Origin: Candidatus Eiseniibacteriota bacterium
Lineage (GTDB): Bacteria; Eisenbacteria; RBG-16-71-46
NCBI GenBank assembly: GCA_031364845.1
Contig: JANLWX010000109.1
Span: 1-35,107, forward strand
Length of the DNA stretch: 35,107 bases
Reading direction: 5' to 3'
Shown: piece after piece, positions 20,084 through 29,489 of the stretch
Layout: each line of letters starts with the position of its first letter
How positions within the stretch are numbered: the stretch's first letter is position 1
The notes under the pieces: generated by a model
Seen by the model: the letters and a program-made list of their open reading frames with translations, nothing else
Told to the model about the DNA's origin: nothing
The model's database searches: none
Position numbers and translations under genes: made by a program

Positions 20084-21517
20084 ATGGACATGAAGCCATC
20101 GTTGAATCTGTCGCTGCGCCCGGCGCTCATCATGACGCCGCGCCTCCAGCAGGCGCTCAAGCTGCTCCAGGTCCCCACGCTCGAGCTCCAGGCGATCCTC
20201 AAGCAGGAGATCATGCAGAACCCGCTGCTCGAGGAAGTCGACGAGGTCACCGACAACGAGGATCTCGCGGCCGAGGATTCGCCCGAGGAAAAGGCGAACG
20301 AGGAGAGCGAGACGCCGAGCGAAGAGGACCCGATCGACTGGTCCGACTACATGCAGGACGGCCTCGACCGGACCTACGTGCCGCAGAGCGAAACCAACAT
20401 GGAGTTCCTGGAGAAGGTTCCGGTCACGCGGGGCACGCTGGCCGAGAGCCTGATGGAGCAGCTCCACTTCCTGAACCTGCCCGCAGAACACATGGCGATC
20501 GCCGAGTTCCTGGTCGGCTCGATCGACGACAGCGGATGGCTCGCGACCTCGATCGAGGATGTCGCCGAGGCGATCGGACGGTCGATCGAGGATGTCGAGA
20601 AGGTGCTGCTGGTGGTCCAGGCGCTCGAGCCCGCCGGCGTCGGGGCCCGCTCGCTGCGCGAGTGCCTGCTGATCCAGCTCGAGGCGCGCGCCGAAAAGGA
20701 CACCCTGCCGTGGCGCATTATCCATGACCACTTCGATCATCTCGTGAACCGCCGTTTTCCCGAGATCTCGCGCCAGCTCAAGTGCACGGCCGAAGAGGTC
20801 CAGGCCGCCGCCGACGTGATCGCCACACTCAACCCGCGCCCGGGGCTACTGGTGTCGAGCGAGGAGCCGCGCTACGTCACGCCCGACCTGCTGGTCGACC
20901 GCGTCGACGAGGAGTACATCGTCGTGCTCAACGACCGGCATCTGCCGCGGCTGCGGATCTCGACGGCGTACGAAGGGGTGCTGCGCGACAAGAAGAAGTC
21001 CGAGATGAACTCCGACGAGACCAAGACCCGCGAGTACATCCAGGGCAAGCTGAATTCGGCGCGCTGGCTGATCCAGACCATCGAGCAGCGGCGCAAGACG
21101 ATGATCAAGGTGATGAGCTGCATCATCCGCGAGCAGCGCGACTTCTTCGACAAGGGCATCGCGTTTCTACGGCCGCTCACGCTGCAGCAGGTGGCGCGTC
21201 AGATCGACATGCACGAGTCCACGGTGAGCCGTGTGTGCAGCGGAAAGTACGTTCAGACGCCACGCGGCGTGTTCGAGCTCAAGTTCTTCTTCTCGAGCGG
21301 GCTCGAGACCGATGCCGGCGAAGATGTTTCGGCGCGTGCCGCGAAGAACACGATCAAGACCCTCATCGACGAGGAGGACAAGCGCAATCCGCTGTCCGAC
21401 GACGCGATCGCGAAGAAGCTTCACGAAAATGGCCTGCGTATCGCGCGCCGTACCGTCGCCAAGTATCGCGAGCAACTCAACGTCCTGCCGGCGCGGTTCC
21501 GCCGCCGGGTGGCCTGA
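20084..21517 (+). CDS. rpoN: RNA polymerase sigma-54 factor
   Basis: MTPRLQQALKLLQ region I, NPLLE, HESTVSR HTH, LKFFFS, PLSD, RpoN box ARRTVAKYRE. Alternative start at 20090. Confidence 0.97.
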   Translation: MDMKPSLNLSLRPALIMTPRLQQALKLLQVPTLELQAILKQEIMQNPLLEEVDEVTDNEDLAAEDSPEEKANEESETPSEEDPIDWSDYMQDGLDRTYVPQSETNMEFLEKVPVTRGTLAESLMEQLHFLNLPAEHMAIAEFLVGSIDDSGWLATSIEDVAEAIGRSIEDVEKVLLVVQALEPAGVGARSLRECLLIQLEARAEKDTLPWRIIHDHFDHLVNRRFPEISRQLKCTAEEVQAAADVIATLNPRPGLLVSSEEPRYVTPDLLVDRVDEEYIVVLNDRHLPRLRISTAYEGVLRDKKKSEMNSDETKTREYIQGKLNSARWLIQTIEQRRKTMIKVMSCIIREQRDFFDKGIAFLRPLTLQQVARQIDMHESTVSRVCSGKYVQTPRGVFELKFFFSSGLETDAGEDVSARAAKNTIKTLIDEEDKRNPLSDDAIAKKLHENGLRIARRTVAKYREQLNVLPARFRRRVA

Positions 21518-21594
21518 ACCCCAACGCTCACGGCCTCACAGGCACACGGCGAGGGCGCAGCGCCGTGCCCGAGGGACCGGGCAGAGGTGAATCC

Positions 21595-21969
21595 ATGCAG
21601 ATCCACACCACCGCACGCCACTTCGAGCTGGACCCCGAGGACCGCCGCTACATGACGGAGCGGGTCGAGAAGTTTTCGAAGTTCGCCCGCGACATCCACG
21701 AAGTCCATGTGATCGTGACTGCCGAGAACTACCGGCACACGGCCGAGATCACGCTCAAGCTCAAGCGTCGCGACATGGTCAGCAAGGAGGAGTCGACCGG
21801 GGCGCGGATCGGCTTCGATCTCGCGGCCGACCGGATCGAGTCTCAGTTGCGGCGCCTTAAGGAGTATCGTGTGTCGCTGAATCGCGGGCGGGTGACGAAC
21901 GGCAAGCTGCCGGAAGTTGCCGAAGTGCCGGTGGCGCACGAGGAGTTCGCGGATTTCGGGGAGGAGTGA
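21595..21969 (+). CDS. hpf: Ribosome hibernation promoting factor (HPF/RaiA family), 124 aa
   Basis: SD GAGGTGA; MQIHTTARHFEL...KVE-like ERVEK...AEITL...DLAADRIESQLRRLKE; canonical position after rpoN. Confidence 0.88.
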   Translation: MQIHTTARHFELDPEDRRYMTERVEKFSKFARDIHEVHVIVTAENYRHTAEITLKLKRRDMVSKEESTGARIGFDLAADRIESQLRRLKEYRVSLNRGRVTNGKLPEVAEVPVAHEEFADFGEE

Positions 21970-21975
21970 GGCAGC

Positions 21976-22947
21976 GTGAAGACCCTGAGTGTCGCGCGGT
22001 TGTTCGAGGACCAGCATCAGGAGCTGCAACTGGAGCAGCTCACGGAGTCGCTGGCGTCGGAGCGTGAGATCACGATCAGCGACATTCACCGGCCGGGCAT
22101 GGCGCTCATGGGGTTCGTCGAGAACTTCCTGCCCGAGCGGATCCAGATCATCGCGCAGACCGAGTTGACGTATCTCGCCACACTCGACGAACAAGGCGTG
22201 AGCGCTGCGGTCGACCGGCTGTTCCAGTTCAGCATGCCGCTGATCGTCGTGTGCAAGGGGCTCGAGCCGCCGGCCTACCTGATCCAGCGCGCGAACGCGG
22301 CCCAGGTGCCGGTGCTGCGCACGCCCTTGAGCACCACGCCGTTCATCCACAATCTCACGCTCTACCTCGACCACATGTTCGCGCCGCAGACCACGGTCCA
22401 CGGCTCGTTGGTCGACGTCTACGGCGTCGGATTGCTGTTCACCGGGCGCAGCGGGATCGGCAAGTCCGAGTGCGCGCTCGATCTCGTCGAGCGCGGCCAG
22501 CGCCTGGTGGCGGACGATGTCGTGACCGTGACGCGCCGCCAGGGCGATGTGCTGATCGGAACCGGCAACCAGCTCCTGCGGCATCACATGGAGATCCGCG
22601 GTCTCGGCATCATCGACGTGCAGGCGATCTTCGGCATCCGCGCGATCCGGCTTCAGAAGCGCGTCGAGGTGATGGTGAATCTCGAGGAGTGGTCGAACGA
22701 GGCGGACTACGAGCGCACCGGACTCGACGAGAAGAAGGTCGACCTGGTGGGCGTGCAGATTCCGCACGTCCAGGTTCCGATCACCCCGGGCAAGAACATC
22801 ACCGTGATCGCCGAGGTGATCGCACTCAACTATCTCGTGAAGGTGACGGGCGGATACTCGCCGGCGGAGCGGCTGAACCAGCACATGATGGAACTCATGA
22901 AGCGCAAGAGCGCGGCGCGCACCTGGGTTCGGGAGGACACCGAATGA
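21976..22947 (+). CDS. hprK: HPr(Ser) kinase/phosphorylase
   Basis: IHRPG, HGSLVDVYGVG, Walker A GRSGIGKSE, LVADD, HMEIRGLGIIDV, PGKN; GTG start after GAGGAG. Confidence 0.96.
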   Translation: MKTLSVARLFEDQHQELQLEQLTESLASEREITISDIHRPGMALMGFVENFLPERIQIIAQTELTYLATLDEQGVSAAVDRLFQFSMPLIVVCKGLEPPAYLIQRANAAQVPVLRTPLSTTPFIHNLTLYLDHMFAPQTTVHGSLVDVYGVGLLFTGRSGIGKSECALDLVERGQRLVADDVVTVTRRQGDVLIGTGNQLLRHHMEIRGLGIIDVQAIFGIRAIRLQKRVEVMVNLEEWSNEADYERTGLDEKKVDLVGVQIPHVQVPITPGKNITVIAEVIALNYLVKVTGGYSPAERLNQHMMELMKRKSAARTWVREDTE

Positions 22948-23336
22948 GCCGGGTTCCCGCGCTGCTCATCACCCATGCCGATCTCGCCGAAGCGCTGGTG
23001 CGCGCGGCAGAGAAGGTCTATGGCCCGATCGAGGACGTCGACCGCCTGTCGAACGAGGGTCTGTCGCGTGTGGCGCTCGAGCGCGAGATCGTGGAGCGGG
23101 TCGAGAAGTGGCCGCACGGCGGCATCGTGCTGATCGACTTCTGGGGCGGCTCGTGCTTCACGTGCGGCATGTCGGCGGCGCGCGGCCGCGAAGTCGTGGT
23201 CGTCACCGGTGTGAACCTTCCGGCGTTGCTCGACTTCCTTCACAACCGCGACAGCTATCCCGTGGTCGAGCTCGCCGAACGGATCCGCTCGAAGGGACAG
23301 GAGAGCTTCCGGCTCCAGCGCGCGCCCACGGCATGA
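22944..23336 (+). CDS. PTS mannose/fructose/sorbose-family EIIA
   Basis: LLITH (phospho-His), DFWGGSC, TGVNLPALL; ATGA overlap with hprK. Confidence 0.88.
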   Translation: MSRVPALLITHADLAEALVRAAEKVYGPIEDVDRLSNEGLSRVALEREIVERVEKWPHGGIVLIDFWGGSCFTCGMSAARGREVVVVTGVNLPALLDFLHNRDSYPVVELAERIRSKGQESFRLQRAPTA

Positions 23337-23839
23337 GCTGGGTCCTCCACCGGATCGACGATCGTCTCATCCACGGCCAGGTGGTCGTGGCGTGGGGCCA
23401 TCGGCTGAATCCCAGCCGCATCTGGGTGGTCGACGACGCGTCGGCCGCGAATGCGTGGGAGGCGGAACTGCTCTCGAGCTCCGCACCCGGCGTCGACGTC
23501 CGCGTGATGGGAGTCGCCGAGGCCGCGCTGGGACACGCGGCCGAAAATGCGCTCGAGGGCGCCGCATTCCTGCTGGTGCGCGATCTCGCGACCGCGCTCG
23601 CACTGGTGGAGGCGGGCGCACGCGTTGCGGCATTCAATGTCGGCGGCCTGCACTACGCACCGGGCAAGTCCAAGGTCCACGAGTACGTGTACCTCGACGA
23701 CCTGGACCGCGAGGCGGCGCGCGCGCTGCTGACGCGCGGGGTCGCGCTGCCGGTCCAGGATGTGCCGGCGTCACGAGCTTTGGCGCTCGAGGCGCTCGAT
23801 CCCAGCGTGGCGGGCCCCGGGATCGGACCGCGCGGGTGA
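23333..23839 (+). CDS. PTS mannose-family EIIB
   Basis: RIDDRLIHGQVVVAW, VVDD, NVGG, QDVP; ATGA overlap. Confidence 0.93.
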   Translation: MSWVLHRIDDRLIHGQVVVAWGHRLNPSRIWVVDDASAANAWEAELLSSSAPGVDVRVMGVAEAALGHAAENALEGAAFLLVRDLATALALVEAGARVAAFNVGGLHYAPGKSKVHEYVYLDDLDREAARALLTRGVALPVQDVPASRALALEALDPSVAGPGIGPRG

Positions 23840-24543
23840 ACGTTCCCATCACGGCCACCGCACTGCTCGGCGGGGTGGTGGCGCTCGATGCCGGCCCGGT
23901 CGCTCAGACGCTCTTCTCGCAGCCGCTCGTGACCGCGTCCTTGCTCGGACTCCTGTGGAACGATCTGCCGCTCGCGCTGTCGGTCGGCGTGGTGCTCCAG
24001 ATTCTCGCGGCCAGCACGCTGCCCGTGGGGTCGCGCACGCCCGAGGACTATGCGATGGGCGGCGTGATCGGCGTGGCGCTCGCGCTGATGCTCGCGCAGC
24101 AGCAACCGTATTCGGTCGCGCGTGACGGATGCGCGCTGGTCGGCGTGATCGCCGGGATGATCTCCGCGACCGCCGGCGTTCCGCTGCTCAAATGGCAGCG
24201 CCGCCGCAACGAAGGACTCAGCCACTGGTGCGAAGCGGAACTGCTCGCGGGCCGCGAGCAGGCGCTCGGGCAGGCGCACGTGGCGGGCGTTGTCCTCGCG
24301 TTCGGCGTCGGTGTAAGTTACACGGCCGCTTGCGTGGCGCTGGGGGTGGGGTTGCTCGCGGGTGCCGTCAAAACGGAGTCGATCTGGCTCGCGCGCGCGT
24401 GGTCTTACGCGCAGCCGGTGTGGATCGGACTCGGACTCGCCCAGCTGCTGCACGCGTTCGTGCAACGCCGTCCGATGCGCGTCGCCGTGTTCGGAGCGGC
24501 GCTGTTCGTGACCTGGATACTGCTCATGGTGGGATCGGCCTGA
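23836..24543 (+). CDS. PTS mannose-family EIIC
   Basis: GTGA overlap; hydrophobic; QPLVTASLLGLL...GVVLQ...PVGSRTPED corresponds to the EIIC-Man RPL...G..LE...P.G...PD pattern. Confidence 0.8.
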   Translation: MNVPITATALLGGVVALDAGPVAQTLFSQPLVTASLLGLLWNDLPLALSVGVVLQILAASTLPVGSRTPEDYAMGGVIGVALALMLAQQQPYSVARDGCALVGVIAGMISATAGVPLLKWQRRRNEGLSHWCEAELLAGREQALGQAHVAGVVLAFGVGVSYTAACVALGVGLLAGAVKTESIWLARAWSYAQPVWIGLGLAQLLHAFVQRRPMRVAVFGAALFVTWILLMVGSA

Positions 24544-24544
24544 C

Positions 24545-25294
24545 ATGTCGGAACTTCGCACCGGAGATCTACTGCGCATGGCGCTTCGCGCGTCGCTGCT
24601 GCAAGCCACGTTCAACTTCGAACGCCAGCAGGGGCTCGGCTGGGCGTTCGCGCTCGCGCCGGCGCTGAGACGTCTCTATCCGGATCCCGCGCTCCGCGCC
24701 CAGCGCCTCGCCGAGCACACCGCGTACTTCAACACGCAGCCCACCCTGTGCTCGGTGGCGCTCGGCGCGGTCGCTTCCTACGAAGAGCAGCGCGCCGCGG
24801 GCGCGCCGATCGACGCGGGCAGCGTGACGCGCGTGAAGAACGTGCTGGGCTCGTCGCTCGCCGCGATCGGCGACCGGATGTTCTGGTTCACGCTGCGCCC
24901 GTTGTGCGCGTGCATCGGCCTGATCCTCGCGGCGGGCGGCTCCGCATTCGGAGCGCTCGCCATGTGGATCTGCTACAACGTGATGCATCAGGGCATGCGC
25001 GTGCTCGGCGTGTCGTGGGGCTACCAGCAGGGCCCCGCGGTCGTGTCGGGTGAATTGCGGCCGCGTCTCGAGCGCATGATCCGCACGTGGTCGCTGATGG
25101 GTGTCGCCGCGGTCGGCGCGACCGTCGCCGTGGTCCTGGTTCCCAACGGAGCGCCCCGGCCGGTCCTGTTCCAGATCGTCTTCCTGTGCGGACTCGCGTT
25201 CGGATTGATCGTGGCCCAGCGTGTGCGGCCCTCACCCACCGAATGGGCGCTCGGTGCCGCCGCCGTGAGCCTGATCGTGTCGTTCCCGCGATGA
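24545..25294 (+). CDS. PTS mannose-family EIID
   Basis: LQATFNFERQQGLG, LRRLY, HTAYFNTQP, LAAIGDRMFWFTLRP, YN, WGY. Confidence 0.9.
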   Translation: MSELRTGDLLRMALRASLLQATFNFERQQGLGWAFALAPALRRLYPDPALRAQRLAEHTAYFNTQPTLCSVALGAVASYEEQRAAGAPIDAGSVTRVKNVLGSSLAAIGDRMFWFTLRPLCACIGLILAAGGSAFGALAMWICYNVMHQGMRVLGVSWGYQQGPAVVSGELRPRLERMIRTWSLMGVAAVGATVAVVLVPNGAPRPVLFQIVFLCGLAFGLIVAQRVRPSPTEWALGAAAVSLIVSFPR

Positions 25295-25560
25295 GGGAAT
25301 CCGAACTGCTGATCCTCAATCAGCTCGGGCTCCATGCCCGGGCGTGCGCGTTGTTCGTCAAATGCGCGGCGCGGTTCCAGTCGCACGTCGTCGTGAGCCG
25401 CGACGATCTCGAAGTGAACGGCAAGAGCATCATGGGCGTCATGATGCTGGCCGCCGAGAACGGCAGCACCATCAAAGTGCGCGCCGAGGGCGCCGACGAA
25501 GAGGCCGCGATCTCGGCGCTCACCGATCTCGTGAACGGCAAGTTCGGCGGCGAGCCGTGA
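25291..25560 (+). CDS. ptsH: Phosphocarrier protein HPr
   Basis: GLHAR (His15), NGKSIMGVM (Ser46), AEGADE; ATGA overlap with EIID. Confidence 0.93.
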   Translation: MRESELLILNQLGLHARACALFVKCAARFQSHVVVSRDDLEVNGKSIMGVMMLAAENGSTIKVRAEGADEEAAISALTDLVNGKFGGEP

Positions 25561-25601
25561 TCCGGACCCCGCGCGCGGTCTCTGCCCGGCGCCGCTCATG
25601 A
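25557..25601 (+). CDS. Putative 14-codon bridging micro-ORF (GTG-IRTPRAVSARRRS)
   Basis: GTG overlaps the ptsH TGA (GTGA 25557-25560); its TGA overlaps ptsI ATG 25598 (ATGA). No SD precedes ptsI. Confidence 0.33.
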   Translation: MIRTPRAVSARRRS

Positions 25602-27346
25602 AGCACCTGGGAATCGCCGCCGCCCCCGGCATCGCGCTCGGGCGCATCGTCCGTCTCGAGCGCGAAGAGTTCGCGGTGCGCGACACGCTGGTGCCCGACG
25701 CCGACGTCGAACGCCAGGTCGAGCACTTCCACAACGCGCTCGAAACCTCGCGCCGCGATCTGCTCAAGATTCGCGACGGCATCGCCGCGGAGTTGAGCGA
25801 AGCCGAAGCCAAGATCTACGACGTGCACATCATGATCCTCGGCGATCCGGAATTGCTGCGCGCGGTCGACAGCGCGATCCGCGACGAACGCCGCTATCCC
25901 GGATTCGCCTTCCGGCGCTGGATGGCGAGTGTCGCCGCGCATCTCGAAGGCGCCGCAGACGAATATCTGCGCGAGCGACGCTCGGACGTGCTGGACGTCG
26001 AACGCCGCGTGTTGCGCCACCTGGTCGGCGACGGCACGCGCGGCCTCACGCGCCTCGATCAGCCGGCGGTGATCGTCGCGCACGATCTCGGACCGAGCGA
26101 AGTCGCGCTGCTCGAGCGCGACCGCGTGCTGGCGTTCGTCACCGAGGTCGGCGGGCGCACGTCGCACAGCGCGATCGTCGCGCGCGGGCGCGGAATCCCG
26201 GCGGTCATGAGCGTGCGCGGCGTCATGCAGCAGGTGAAGACCGGCGATTTCGGCGCGGTCGACGGCTATTCGGGCGTGGTCGAGATCAATCCCGACGCCG
26301 ACCGCATGGAGCACTATCGCGGGCGCCGCGTGCTGTTCGAGGAGGAGGAAAGCGCGCTCGGCGCGATCCAGCTCGAGGCCGCGGTCACGCTCGACGGACG
26401 CCGCATCGATCTCGGCGGCAACATCGAGCTGCCGCGAGACGTCGACTCCGTGCTCGCCGCCGGCGCCGACAGCATCGGACTGTTCCGCACCGAGTTCTTC
26501 TATCTCAACCGGCTCGAGCTGCCGACCGAGGACGAGCAGTACGCCGCGTATCGCGACGTCGCCGAGCGGCTCAAGCCGCGGCCGGTGCTGTTCCGCACCA
26601 TGGATCTGGGCGGCGACAAGGTCGCCTCGTATCTCGGCATGACGCACGAGAGCAATCCGTTCCTCGGCTGGCGCGGCATCCGTTTCGCGCTCCACCATCC
26701 GGAACTGTTCCGCACGCAGATTCGCGCGATCTACCGCGCGAGCGCCCATGGGCGCGTGCGCATGATGTTCCCGATGGTGTCGAGCGAAGACGAGATGACC
26801 GCCGCACTGCGCATGTGCGCCGAGGTGCGGGCCGAACTCGGTGCGGCCGGGATTCCGCACGATCCCGCGATCGAGATCGGCGTGATGGTCGAGACTCCGA
26901 GCGCGGTGTGGATCGCCGACGTGCTGTCGTCGAAGGCGGCGTTCCTGTCGATCGGATCCAACGACCTCACGCAGTACACGCTCGCGATGGACCGCGACAA
27001 CGAGCGCCTGGCGCATCTCTACGAGCCGCTTCATCCGGCGATGCTGCGCAGCATCCGCCACACCGTCGAGGCGGGCCATGCGGCCGGGCGGTGGGTCGGG
27101 ATCTGCGGCGAGATGGCGGGGGATCCGCGCATCGCCGTGCTGATGGTCGGACTCGAGGTCGACGAACTCAGCATGGGCTGCTTCGACCTGCCGCGCGTGA
27201 AGGCGGCGATCCGCAGCGTGCGATTCTCCGACGTGAAGTGCATCGCGCTCGAAGCACTGGCACAGCCCTCAGCCGAGGGCGTGCGGTCGTTGCTGCGCGC
27301 GCGGCTCGACGCGCTGCTGCCCGACTTCCTGCTGGCGGAGCGCTAG
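25598..27346 (+). CDS. ptsI: PEP-protein phosphotransferase (PTS enzyme I, no GAF domain)
   Basis: GGRTSHSAI (phospho-His), GLFRTEF, RTMDLGGDK, ESNPFLGWRGIR, MVETP, SIGSNDLTQY, ICGEMAGDP. Confidence 0.96.
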   Translation: MKHLGIAAAPGIALGRIVRLEREEFAVRDTLVPDADVERQVEHFHNALETSRRDLLKIRDGIAAELSEAEAKIYDVHIMILGDPELLRAVDSAIRDERRYPGFAFRRWMASVAAHLEGAADEYLRERRSDVLDVERRVLRHLVGDGTRGLTRLDQPAVIVAHDLGPSEVALLERDRVLAFVTEVGGRTSHSAIVARGRGIPAVMSVRGVMQQVKTGDFGAVDGYSGVVEINPDADRMEHYRGRRVLFEEEESALGAIQLEAAVTLDGRRIDLGGNIELPRDVDSVLAAGADSIGLFRTEFFYLNRLELPTEDEQYAAYRDVAERLKPRPVLFRTMDLGGDKVASYLGMTHESNPFLGWRGIRFALHHPELFRTQIRAIYRASAHGRVRMMFPMVSSEDEMTAALRMCAEVRAELGAAGIPHDPAIEIGVMVETPSAVWIADVLSSKAAFLSIGSNDLTQYTLAMDRDNERLAHLYEPLHPAMLRSIRHTVEAGHAAGRWVGICGEMAGDPRIAVLMVGLEVDELSMGCFDLPRVKAAIRSVRFSDVKCIALEALAQPSAEGVRSLLRARLDALLPDFLLAER

Positions 27347-28419
27347 TGCACGGAGCACCGGGGCTCGAACCGCCCTACGCACACGACTCACTGGGAATGA
27401 CCGCGCGCATCCGCGCGATTTCCGAGCAGATCGACGACGCGGTCGCGGCGTGCATCGCCGCGCCGTGGCAGGTTCCCGACTCCGAACCCCAACTGCTCGC
27501 CGTGGGCGCGCTCGGCGGCTCCGCGATCGCCGCCGATCTGACTGCCGGGCTGTGGTCGGACCTTCTGCCACATCCGCTCCTGTGCGTGCGCGAATACCAG
27601 TGGCCGGCATGGGCCGGCCCGGCGACGCTCGCGGTGCTGTGCTCCTACTCCGGGAACACCGAGGAGACGCTCGCGCTCTACGATGACGCCGCCGCGCGCG
27701 GAATGCCGCGCGTCGCGATGAGCACGGGAGGGACGCTGGCCGAGCGTTGCGCGCGCGACGGTGTGCCGTGCGCGATCCTTCCCGGCGGTTCGCCGCCGCG
27801 CGCGGCCCTCTATGCGTCGTGGGTGCGTCTCACGTTTCTCGTCCATGCGCTCGGATGGTGCCCGGATCCCGTGCCCGAGTGGCGCGCGGCCTCGGCGCTC
27901 ATCGGACGGCGGCGTGCGCAGTGGGGGCCCGATGTGCCCGAGGAGCGCAATCCCGCGAAACAGCTGGCGCGGCGGCTCCATGGCCGGCAGCTCTACATCT
28001 ACGCGGGATCCGACCGGCTCGGGCCGGTCACGACGCGCGTGAGGAATCAGATCAACGAAAATGCTAAGCTGCTCGCCCACTCGGCCGTGGTGCCCGAGCT
28101 CAATCACAACGAAGTCGTCGGCTGGGAAAAGCCTCTGGATCCGGCGTCGCGCGCGGCGGTGTTGATGCTGTGCGATGCCGAGGATCCGGATGCCGTGGCG
28201 TTGCGCCTCTCGTTGACCGCGGAATACGTGCGGAAGCAGGGCGCGGAAGTGATGGTGGTCGAGGAGCGGGAAGGGGCGCGCCTGGCGCGTATCGTGTCGC
28301 TGGTCGTGCTGGGAGACTATCTGAGTCTCTACCTCGCGGTCCTCAACGCGGCCGACCCGACCCCGATCGCATCGATCAACTGGTTCAAGAACCGACTCGC
28401 GGAGTCCCGAAACGCATGA
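27346..28419 (+). CDS. Bifunctional phosphoglucose/phosphomannose isomerase-like SIS protein
   Basis: GTG overlaps the ptsI TAG; LGGSAIAAD, SYSGNTEET, STGG.L, PR, QINENAK, PELNHNEVVGW, GDYLSLYLA, DPTP. Confidence 0.88.
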   Translation: MHGAPGLEPPYAHDSLGMTARIRAISEQIDDAVAACIAAPWQVPDSEPQLLAVGALGGSAIAADLTAGLWSDLLPHPLLCVREYQWPAWAGPATLAVLCSYSGNTEETLALYDDAAARGMPRVAMSTGGTLAERCARDGVPCAILPGGSPPRAALYASWVRLTFLVHALGWCPDPVPEWRAASALIGRRRAQWGPDVPEERNPAKQLARRLHGRQLYIYAGSDRLGPVTTRVRNQINENAKLLAHSAVVPELNHNEVVGWEKPLDPASRAAVLMLCDAEDPDAVALRLSLTAEYVRKQGAEVMVVEEREGARLARIVSLVVLGDYLSLYLAVLNAADPTPIASINWFKNRLAESRNA

Positions 28420-29408
28420 CGCCACCACCGATCGCCGTCATCCCCGTCGCCGGCACCGGCACCCGGTTGCGCCCGCACACGCATTCGGCGCCCAAGGTCC
28501 TGCTCAATGTCGCCGGCAAGCCGATCCTGGCCTACATTCTCGACGATCTGCCGGCGCTCGGGATCCACGAAGTCGTGCTGATCATCGGGTACCTCGGCGA
28601 TCGGATCCGCGAGTATGTCGATCGCGCCTATCCGAATCTCAAAGTGCACTACGTCGAGCAGCGGGAGCAGCTCGGGCTTGGCCACGCGATCTCGCTCGCC
28701 GAGCCGCACGTGGGTGCGGCGCCGATGCTGATCATCCTCGGCGACACGATCTTTGCCGCCGACCTCAAACGCGTACTCGCGGGTTCGACGCATTCGATCG
28801 GGGTCAAGACCGTTGAGGATCCGCGCCGCTTCGGGATCGTCGAGACCGATGCTTCCGGACGCATCACGCGCATGGTCGAAAAACCCGAGCATCCCACATC
28901 GAAGCTCGCGATCACCGGGGTCTACTACTTCACTTCCGGGGCGTTGCTGTTCGGCACGTTGCTCGAGCTGCAGCAGAAGAACGTTCGCACGCGCGGCGAG
29001 TTCCAGCTCACCGACGGCATGCAGCTGCTGGTCGAGCGCGGCGAAACGATCACGACGTTCCCGATCGAAGGCTGGTACGACTGCGGCAAGTTCGAGACGC
29101 TCCTCGAGACCAATCGCGTGCTGCTCGAGCGCAGTACCCACGCCCCCAAGGTGCCCGGCAGCATCGTGCATCCGCCGGTCGTGATCGCGAAGGATGCCGT
29201 CGTCGAAGGATCGATCCTCGGTCCCCACGTGACGGTCGCGGCCGGGGCGCGGGTCAGGAACTCGGTCGTGCGCAACACGATCGTGAACGAGAACGCCACG
29301 ATCGAAGACGTCCTGGTCGAGGACTCCGTCGTGGGGGACAATGCCGTCGTGCGCGGCGGATTCCGGCGGTTGAACGTCGGGGATTCCAGCGAAGTGCAGT
29401 TGAATTGA
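28416..29408 (+). CDS. Sugar-phosphate nucleotidyltransferase (glucose-1-P thymidylyltransferase-like, long form with C-terminal left-handed beta-helix)
   Basis: IPVAGTGTRLRPHTHSAPKVL, QLGLGHAI, ILGD, DPRRFGIV, EKP, GEFQLTD, WYDCG, hexapeptide-like tail. Confidence 0.9.
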   Translation: MTPPPIAVIPVAGTGTRLRPHTHSAPKVLLNVAGKPILAYILDDLPALGIHEVVLIIGYLGDRIREYVDRAYPNLKVHYVEQREQLGLGHAISLAEPHVGAAPMLIILGDTIFAADLKRVLAGSTHSIGVKTVEDPRRFGIVETDASGRITRMVEKPEHPTSKLAITGVYYFTSGALLFGTLLELQQKNVRTRGEFQLTDGMQLLVERGETITTFPIEGWYDCGKFETLLETNRVLLERSTHAPKVPGSIVHPPVVIAKDAVVEGSILGPHVTVAAGARVRNSVVRNTIVNENATIEDVLVEDSVVGDNAVVRGGFRRLNVGDSSEVQLN

Positions 29409-29489
29409 ATCAAATCGTGCGACCCGATGTGCGCCGCGCTCGCTACGGTCCGGGTCGAGCCAACCATCACGCAAGCCTGAGGAGTTTCA

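Noticed and set aside
21966..21979. Bridging micro-ORFs at hpf-hprK, lptB-rpoN, rpoN-hpf, rplU-rpmA and nucleotidyltransferase-metK
   Set aside because: Checked: no start overlapping the upstream stop is in phase with a stop at the downstream start. These are the negative cases for the relay pattern.
25324..25350. HPr motif GLHARAC lacking the usual Pro18
   Set aside because: HARA variants are common among HPr/NPr proteins; His15 and Ser46 are intact.
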